Assembly: GCA_951406725.2 (NCBI GenBank)
Contig: OX597821.1
Span: 41,602,001 to 41,666,000, forward strand
Direction of reading: 5' to 3'
From: Octopus vulgaris
Lineage: Eukaryota
DNA: 64,000 nt
A program made the position numbers and the translations under genes. Below, in pieces: positions 54,929-64,000 of this stretch. A model generated the notes under the pieces. That model ran no database searches. It was given only the letters and a program-made list of their open reading frames with translations, and was not told the DNA's origin. The number at the start of each line of letters is the position of its first letter. The stretch's first letter is position 1.

Positions 54929-55700
54929 CAGGGTGCAGTGAATAACTTGTCTAAATTACACAAAAATGAAAATAACACTGACGTCCAGTTTTAAGATATA
55001 TTTACCAAAATTACATAAAAATATCTTGAAATACTAAAGAGCAAATTTATTCACTAAAATCGCCATTCACTCCAACCACAGCCTCCAGACGACTTCGGAA
55101 TCTCCTACAACTCTTCTGGATGGTCTCCTTGTTTAATTTGGTAATTGCTTCCATAATCCTTGCCTTCAGTTCATCTTTGGTTTTACAAGGAGTTTTGTAG
55201 GTCTTTCACTCAACTGCACCCCACACATGATAAACAAGGGGATTGCAGTCTAGGGAGTTAGGTAGCCAGATATTAGAGGTCATGTGGTCACATAAATTGT
55301 CTGACAGCCATGACTGGGTTCTCCTGCTTGTGTGACATGGTGCAGAGTCCTGTCGCCAGACATAGGGCCTTCAAGCAGCAACCCTCTTGAACCACAGCAG
55401 CACTACCACCTCCAAGCACTTGATGCAGGTCTCCGTTTTGAGTCTGAGGCCGAGTGAGAAGATGAATGGAGGCATAACATCGACATCACTAGGGATCACT
55501 CCAAACACCGTCATATTGACAGGATGTTTGATTTTTATCACTCTCAGTAGATGTCCTCAGATTGCGCTGTCCTCAGATTGACACCCAAACACTCTGAAAT
55601 GTTCATATTGGAGCTTCCAATGTGAATGCCAAGCTGTAAGCATGTCATTTTCAAGTTTCTGGCAGAGTGAATTGTGTCATGGTGCTGTTTCTCTCACGAT
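54929..55700 (-). mobile_element. maT-family (DD37D) transposon, internally deleted pseudogene
   Basis: TA + CAGGGTG terminus at 54927-54935; minus strand WRQDSAPCHTSRRTQSWL...WLPNSLDCNPL(V)YHVWGAVE with 37 residues between D and the third catalytic position (GAT to GTT); other TIR not found. Confidence 0.85.
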
Positions 55701-56126
55701 CTTTAGGAAGTAGTGCAATGTTTTTCTATAATGAGGAACAACTTCAGAAATATTCATAACATTTTCATATTTCAAAAATCATCCTTTGTCTTTATGTCAT
55801 AAATTACTGTGGCATCAATTTTTTTCGATTCTTAAATTTTGACACTTCCGTAAATATCTTTGACATTTCAATTATGCTTTTTTTGTCTTCACTAATTTTT
55901 TATTCCTTTCATTCGTTTTTATCACCGATATTGTTTGTTTGTGTGTATGTATGTATGTATGTATGTATGTATGTATGTATGTATGTATGTATATATATAT
56001 GTATATGTATACATATATATATACTTATGTAATTATATATATATATACAACAGACATTAAACAATGATGATGATGATGCTGATGATGATGATGATAATGA
56101 TGATAATGATTATATACATATAAGAT

Positions 56127-56158
<32 letters not shown>

Positions 56159-56193
56159 CATATAAAATTATATATATATATATAAATACATAT

Positions 56194-56230
<37 letters not shown>

Positions 56231-56232
<2 letters not shown>

Positions 56233-56580
56233 CAAATGGAAATTGTAGTTGTGATACCTGTGCCAGTGGCACGTAAAAAACATCATCCGTATGAAGCCGA
56301 TGCCAGCGCCACCTTGACTGGCTCCTTTGCCAGTAGCACATGAAAAGCACCAACCAATCGTGGCCGTTGCCAGCCTCCCCTGGCACCTGTGTCGGTGGCA
56401 CGTAAAAAGCACCCACTACACTCACAGAGTGGTTGACGTTAGGAAGGGCATCCAGCTGTAGAAACACTGCCAGATCAGACTGGAGCCTGGTGCAGCCTCC
56501 TGGCTTCCCAGACCGAAGTCGAACTGTCCAACCCATGCTAGCATGGAAAAACGGACGTTAAACGATGATGATGATGATGA
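56231..56580 (+). mobile_element. Family C retroposon
   Basis: Reverse complement of 35694-36110. Confidence 0.85.
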
Positions 56581-56826
56581 TTATGATAAAATTATGTATT
56601 TATAGTTGTGTGTGTATGTGCAAGCACATATCGTTGCAAATATTAGATATTTATTCAGGTCATTGAAGGGAGATAACTCTCTAAAATTAGGTTAACTCAG
56701 CCAATCACTAAGTTGACAGTGCTACTACAAAACAAACCCCTCACTAACAACTGGGGTTAATATAAAAAGAGTGACAGAAACCTAAAAACCCAATGCCCCA
56801 ACGTGGGAACAATGATTGTAACCAGT

Positions 56827-57282
<456 letters not shown>

Positions 57283-57288
57283 AATGCA

Positions 57289-57333
<45 letters not shown>

Positions 57334-57365
57334 GTATCTATGTGTATATATACATACACATAAAT

Positions 57366-57442
<77 letters not shown>

Positions 57443-58098
57443 GTTATATATATACAATCATGTAATCTGTTGAATATTTTATTAACTAGTAAATAATGTC
57501 TAGTTGTGTTGTACACAAGATGGATTTTTTTGCAGACAAAAACCAAACTACCAAGTTTTCATTTTTTTTATTCATTTCTTTCATTTTGCTATTCATTTTT
57601 TTTTAATCTTTTTTCTTGCTTTTTTTTTTCCCTCTTTTCTACAACATTATTTTCTGTAACAACATTACACAGCTTAACATTTTCATAGCAATCAGTTATA
57701 CGGTCAACATTTTGATTATCTATCAATACTGACTGTTCTATTCACGATATTGGTAAAGAATGCTACCACACCAGATAAGTGCATACATGATAAAATGTTT
57801 AGATATATACACACAGGTATATACACATGTTTTTAGTCTTCTAGAACCGTAGACCAATGATAGATACATATACCTATACATATACACACATACACATACA
57901 CACAAGACAAGTCTTCCATATATCATTCCACAAGAGCTACATAAAAACATATACATACACATAAAAATGTATATAGGTTAATATACTTAAATATGCACGA
58001 GTATAAAAATATACATATATGCACACATTAATCATACAATCACGTATTACAACATATAGAGTGCTATGTCTAACTGCTTACAGACATATATCATAGTT

Positions 58099-58139
<41 letters not shown>

Positions 58140-58320
58140 TATATATGTATATATATGTATGTGTGTGTGTGTATGTATATCTATGTATGTATATAAATAA
58201 ATATATATACAGATATATATATATTGATTTATATATGCATATATATATTCAATGCACATGTATAATATATGTGTATATTGATTTGTATATACATATACAT
58301 ATTCATAAAAGTTTGTGTGC

Positions 58321-58387
<67 letters not shown>

Positions 58388-58479
58388 TTGTGTCTGTACA
58401 TACATATGCAGATAAATACATATTCATGTGTTTGTATTATTAAATATTTAATATTCTTGTTAAACTCTGTATGACACGG

Positions 58480-58690
58480 CACAACAATGGCGCCACGTCA
58501 ACGACCAATGCTATTGAGCAATCTATATCAGGAATTTTATCACAGAATAACTGCCCAGTGCTATATTTATCAAGGAGGTTAACTTGTGCGGAATCTAATT
58601 ATTTGAATATTAAGAGAGAGGCTTTGGCAACAGTGTGGACATGCTGGTCTGAAAGAGATAACAGACTTCTTTTTATCAAAGGTTGATATT
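58480..58690 (+). pseudogene. Gypsy RNase H fragment
   Basis: TNAIEQSISGILSQNNCPVLYLSRRLTCAESNYLNIKREALATVW resembles TDAS..IGGILSQ..PV.YLSRKL..AE.NYS.IEREALA. Confidence 0.8.
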
Positions 58691-59676
58691 GAAACTTCAC
58701 TAAAAGGCCTCATGGTTCACCAGCAACAAGTTTGGAACATATGTTTTGGTGAAACGTCAGAGATGGTAATAAATAAAATGAGAAGTAAAAGAAGAACTGG
58801 TCCTTGCAGAACAAACAAGTTCTCTGTCTCTGTGTCAGGAACCTTCTGAGCCTATTATGATATTCCTGCAGGACATAATTTTATGCAAAACACATGTTTC
58901 ATAGGTTGTCAAATGGAGACTATAAAGAATCTCAGCCAACTTCTTGCAGTGAAACTCCCTCTTTGTCTGTCCCATAACCTTAGTAACAAACTGGTAAAAT
59001 TGTTAGAGAATCAGATGAAATGGTTTGCAATATTTATTCTGCTTAAAATAGTTGACACAGCAGAGAAAATGCTTAGTGGATTTCATGTGTTTTTGTGCTC
59101 TGAGTTCAAATGCCACCGAGATCTACTTCACTTTTCATCTTTTTGGGGTCAATAAAATAAGTACCAGCTGAACACTGGGGTCAATATAATCAACTACCCC
59201 CCCCTCCTCCACGAAATTGCTGGCCTTGAGCCAAGAATTTGATGCGAATACCTATTCTGATTTTTTTTTTCCCCCTTTTGTGTTCAGATCATACCAAGGG
59301 CAGTTTTATCATTCATCTTCCTGGTATTGATAAAGAAAGTAGCAGTCTTGTACTGTGAGATGGCTGGCAGAAGTGTGAGGGTATCATACAAGATACCTTG
59401 CACTAATGGGTCCAGTAAGGCCTGTTTGGATGAATGACTTAATCTGTGGTCAGATTTAACACCCCCTCCCCCTCCTGGTCATTGGAAATCTTTAGCACAT
59501 TCCATTCTGCTGCAAATATTTGGACAAATTCTTTGGTTTAAGGATACCTTACTCCCTCCCACCTCCCTACAAGTCTCAGGCGATCTCTTAAGGGCCATGC
59601 ATCTTAATCTGCCTTCCTAAGACTAACTGACAAAATAATTGGTGCTACTAATGAATTTTTTGTAAATATCGACCTT

Positions 59677-60048
59677 CAGGAATGGCTGTGTGGTAAGAAG
59701 TGTGCATCCAAACAACATGCTTCCAGGTTCAGTCCCACTGCATAGCACCTTGGGCAAGTGTCTTCTACTGTAGCCTTAGGTCAACTAAAGCCTGTTGAGT
59801 GGATTTGGTAGACAGAAACTGAAAGTGTGTGCATGTGCTTGTGTGTGTGTGTGTGTGTCTCCACTGGTACCCCCCCACCACCACTTGACAACCGCTGTTG
59901 GTGCGTTTACATCACCATAAATTCACAGTTTGACTAAAGTGACTTATATAGAGTAAGTACAGGTGTTGATTCATTCAGCTAAAATTCTTTGAGAGTGTGC
60001 CCCAGCGTGGTCACAGTCTAATGATTGAAGCAAGTAAAAGATAAAAGA
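59677..60048 (+). mobile_element. SINE family A, diverged
   Basis: Head, CCTTGGGCAAGTG and tail present. Confidence 0.8.
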
Positions 60049-60657
60049 TTCAATCTTTCAGTCTCACCTTCTCACTCTCTCTCCCTCTGTTCTCTTTCAC
60101 TTTCCCCATCTCCCTCTTTCTTTCTTTCATTAAATCACCACACCAAAAAATGGAATCGGTGTAACCATCCCCACCAGACCATGTTGTGTAAATTCTATCT
60201 CAGAATCGGTTGAAGATTATCCAAACTCTGCTCTCAGCATGAGCTGTTATTTCACATTTGTGGGCCAAATCCAAAATAAAATATTCTCCGCTTCCACCTA
60301 CAGTGCGCTAATAATTGTTCTGATTTGGTGCCCGTCAACTTTTGGTGTCTACTTTGGGTGCCAGCCCTCCAAGAACAACATCATGGATCTGGTTGCAAGA
60401 ATTCAATACCTTACATACATTACCATCCTTGGTCTCTCGACTACCTCCAGATGTGTTCTGTCTTCAGATGCTTCCATTTAGTAAAAAATACTGTATCACC
60501 TAAACATGGCACATTCTACTTGGCTAACAAATCACACCTTGGCATATCTATTCATTTGCTTGCTATATTTAAATGCGAATGTGGAACATATATGTACACA
60601 TGTGTGTGTGTGTGTGTGTGTGTATGCGTATGTGTCAGGTATTGGTCAAGTGATGTA

Positions 60658-60706
60658 GACAGCCCTGATGAGAACTCAATAAGGTTTGAAAATTGATTAA
60701 GGTTGT
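60658..60706 (+). ncRNA. Decayed hammerhead-like motif
   Basis: ACAGCC-CTGATGA-GAACT..AGGTTT-GAAA-ATTGATTA-AGGTTGT; stem I ACAGCC/GGTTGT, junction imperfect. Confidence 0.4.
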
Positions 60707-60794
60707 TCATCATTTCTTTTCTTTTTTATTCAACAGAGAAATACATTAAAATCGGCCATGTTTCTATGTCTACTACATAGGCTTACATACACAC

Positions 60795-60828
<34 letters not shown>

Positions 60829-61124
60829 AGTATACATACATATATACATATAATATAAATATGCATACATATATATGTATACGTATGCATACACACAAAC
60901 ATATACACATAGATGTACACACACATAGATATACACATAGGTACATAGCGTATAACTACACACCCAAATAATCATGCATATATAATCATAACCAATGGAA
61001 AAAAAGGAAAAAAGGATGTAAAATAGTGGAAAAGAAAGAAAAAACATCTGAGTGTATGTGTGTGTGTGTATAAAAACACATATATCTATATATTGTGCAG
61101 AGTAGGTGTGTATAAATAATACAT

Positions 61125-61171
<47 letters not shown>

Positions 61172-61237
61172 TATATACATACATATCTATATATATTATA
61201 TACACATAGATATATGTGCACATACACACATACTTAC

Positions 61238-61306
<69 letters not shown>

Positions 61307-62575
61307 TATGTATATATACACATACATATACATATGTATGTATGTATATATAACCAAATAGACCACAACCACACAAGCATGTATACAGTTTTTACATAAC
61401 AATTATGCATGCGAACACTTTCACACATACACACTCACACACACACACACTCACATATACAGCTAAAATCTACACATACATATATATACACACAGCGAGA
61501 TGTAATCTTTAGATAGCTGTCCTCTACTTCAGTATCAAGCAATTTATCTTATTATTGATTTTCAATATTGATTAGCAGTAGAATTGTTAACCAATATCGA
61601 TGTGTTTATAGCACTACCAGTTTCTCAGACTTCTCTCCAAGACTTGGTTCCTACACATTAGTTTGGCGCAGGGGAATGTTGTTTCTTTCATAATAAGAGC
61701 GTAGAAACGACTATTAAATCTGCTTTCTACCACTACCACCACCACCCCGCCACCCCCCGACCCCCGCTCACCAAAACAGTAACAATTGTCGATTGTGCAT
61801 AGGTTTCTGGTCACCTGGTCAGTGTTGAAGAAGGAATTAGTGAAGAATGGTCTGTGTTCAAAAATGCTAACTGGACGTTTTGGGGTTGTATTTGGGGTTT
61901 TTTTTTATTTCTCTTTTGTAATGATTTTGATGTTGTTGTTGTTTTTGATTGATGTTGTTGTTTATCCCCCCCACACACACACACACAAACCCCATATTGG
62001 AATTGATCAAGGAGACCTAAAATCAGAGAAGACAATCCTTCCGTGAACATCTCATCGTTTTCCAAGACTGAATGTGCACAAGTCCATCTTTTCCCAAAGT
62101 TCTACTATTCTTTTTTTTGTCTTGTGACTTAACAGAGATTTGGCAGCTATTTCTAGCAGAGTGACCAACCACGTAAAGACTTTGGTATTGCTTAGCTCCA
62201 GATCAATGAAGAGTGAAGAAATCTACAACCAAACACATCCTAGCCATGATCATCACTGTTTTTAGGAGTGTCTTGTACAGTGATACTCAATAGGCCCATT
62301 CTTGCTTAAAATAGTTGAGTGATACTTGATTTAGAATTGATTTGGTTACTATTTCTTGTATGTCAAGTGCGTAGTGGCTCCTTTGGTCTTTGAGTCGTTG
62401 CTGTTGTTGTTGCTGCCACAATTGGGGCCATTGTTGTTTCTGCTGCTGCTGCTGCTGCTGCTGTTCCTGTTGTTGCTGTTATTTTTCTTGCTAATCCAGA
62501 TGTATATTTTTACTTACAAAACTAGCTGACCATGATGTATTCCTTCCTCCAGTTGTAGAGGGGTTATGTGCCTTC

Positions 62576-62654
62576 GGCCATTTGAGTCCGATGAATCTCC
62601 TACACAGCTAAGCACATTATAGGTGTGAAACCAATGGTCACTTTCTGACTGGCC
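62576..62654 (+). ncRNA. Type I hammerhead motif with one core substitution
   Basis: Stem I GAGT/ACTT extended by GGCCA/TGGCC; core CCGATGA (U4C); GAAA; stem III ACC(AAT)GGT; GUC site. Confidence 0.5.
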
Positions 62655-62741
62655 TTAACAATCAACTCCCCCACAAAATATATTACTGCCCTTATGTTTT
62701 AAAGTGTGCTTTTTCAGATAGGTAAACTACTGATGATGATG

Positions 62742-62772
<31 letters not shown>

Positions 62773-62801
62773 GAGAGAGAGAGAGACATACATACATACA
62801 A

Positions 62802-62849
<48 letters not shown>

Positions 62850-63419
62850 ATCCAAAATAGAGACAAACAGCTTATTGAACTCTTCAAAATGGGAAAGGCC
62901 AACATAAATTATTATTGTTCCTGATCATTGTTTTTTTTATACAAACACCAATTTTTCTACTTGATTGGCTTGAATAATTGTTGAGAATTTCCTTGACATG
63001 AAACTAATGGTAGCTTAGCTTTAATACACAAAGAAAGAATCTTTATCCACCCATGCGGTGTTGAGCACTCATTCTCATTGTTCAATATTTACATATATAT
63101 ATATCACTAGCGGCACCCCAGCATTGCTACATCTTTTGGACTGAAACATGTAAAAGAATAAAAGAATACACACACAGATACGTGTAATTGTATGATCCAA
63201 AGATAAGATCTAAGTGTAGGAAGTTTGTAAGCTTCAAGTTGTCCATGGTAGGTATAAAGAACAACGTTCAGCAATAATTATTATTTATTGGCGTCAAAGA
63301 TTGTAGGCCTTGCCCATATCGAAGTTCAGTAAGCTGAAATATTTTTCATAGCTCACGGTTAGCAACTTGAGTTGCTATGAATGCGAATAAAAATTCGAAT
63401 TGTGGAACAGGCAAAATTC

Positions 63420-63505
63420 AAACTACATATGTTTCCTAGCAAGCGGATCTTCTGATGTAATAATTACTCAATGAGGAGTATTCGGCTTGCTACTCGTCAG
63501 GCCAA
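63420..63505 (-). ncRNA. Type I hammerhead ribozyme motif, intact core
   Basis: Minus strand GGC-CTGACGA-G-TAGCAAGC...GCTTGCTA-G-GAAA-CATATG-TA-GTT; perfect 8-bp stem II base, palindromic stem III, GUA site. Confidence 0.7.
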
Positions 63506-64000
63506 AGATACCTTAATTATATGAAGGTTACATTGGCGTTATGGAATCCCAGGTGGACTTGCCAAAGACATAATTGGAAATTTCCAATGTCTGCTTTGTT
63601 ATTGTTTCCACAGCTGGATGCCCTTCCAAACACGAACGCATACAGGCTGCATTTTTTAATGTCTGCAGCACCACTGAGCAGCTCTCAAGATTAAAATTCC
63701 CAAGGGAGATGGCTTTACGTTGGAAGTTGAGGGATTAAAGTATAAGAGAAGGGGCCAGTACAGAACAGGTTTCTTGTCATAGAGGGGCTATATGACTGCT
63801 TGCATTTTAGAAGAGAGGGTGGGAGGGGTAGGGATGGTGGTGGAAAAAAATAAAAATAGTGGAGATGAAGTGTCTGGGTGAACCTTCAAGATATGGATTC
63901 TGTAGATGTGAGAGGGTTGCAAGAGTGCATGAGAGTGAGAAATGAGGAACATTCACATGCACACACGCATGCACGCACGCACACACACACACACACACAC

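Noticed and set aside
60239-60696. ORFs of 80 and 123 aa upstream of the decayed HHR
   Set aside because: Only a faint resemblance to a GIY-YIG region; not supportable without a profile search.
63107-63130. Third Helitron end (CTAGCGGCACCCCAGCATTGCT)
   Set aside because: Only ~20 diverged bases with no body; too short to call.

Overview
AT-rich, repeat-saturated eukaryotic non-coding DNA (intergenic or deep intron). The SINE families and microsatellite load suggest an octopus (coleoid cephalopod); this is inference. I can support no host protein-coding exon, and almost all ORFs in the track are translations of microsatellites or SINEs. Recognisable content: (i) several tRNA-derived SINE families, some with clear TSDs; (ii) a near-complete Tc1 (DD34E) element with ~160-bp TIRs, a TA TSD and an apparent GT-AG intron in its transposase; (iii) an internally deleted maT (DD37D) element, a mariner 5' end, TTAA MITEs and two non-autonomous Helitrons; (iv) decayed Gypsy, RTE, L1/Tx1 and R4/Dong-like coding remnants; (v) two different Penelope-like (GIY-YIG) remnants. 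The most notable signal is a dense set of about 15 intact or decayed type I hammerhead ribozyme (HHR) motifs. These include a multi-copy element joining a tRNA-derived Pol III head to a minimal HHR with Penelope-style inverted ends, a candidate Penelope-mobilised ribozyme SINE (retrozyme). All coordinates and translations were read by eye, so element boundaries are approximate unless a TSD or TIR is cited.
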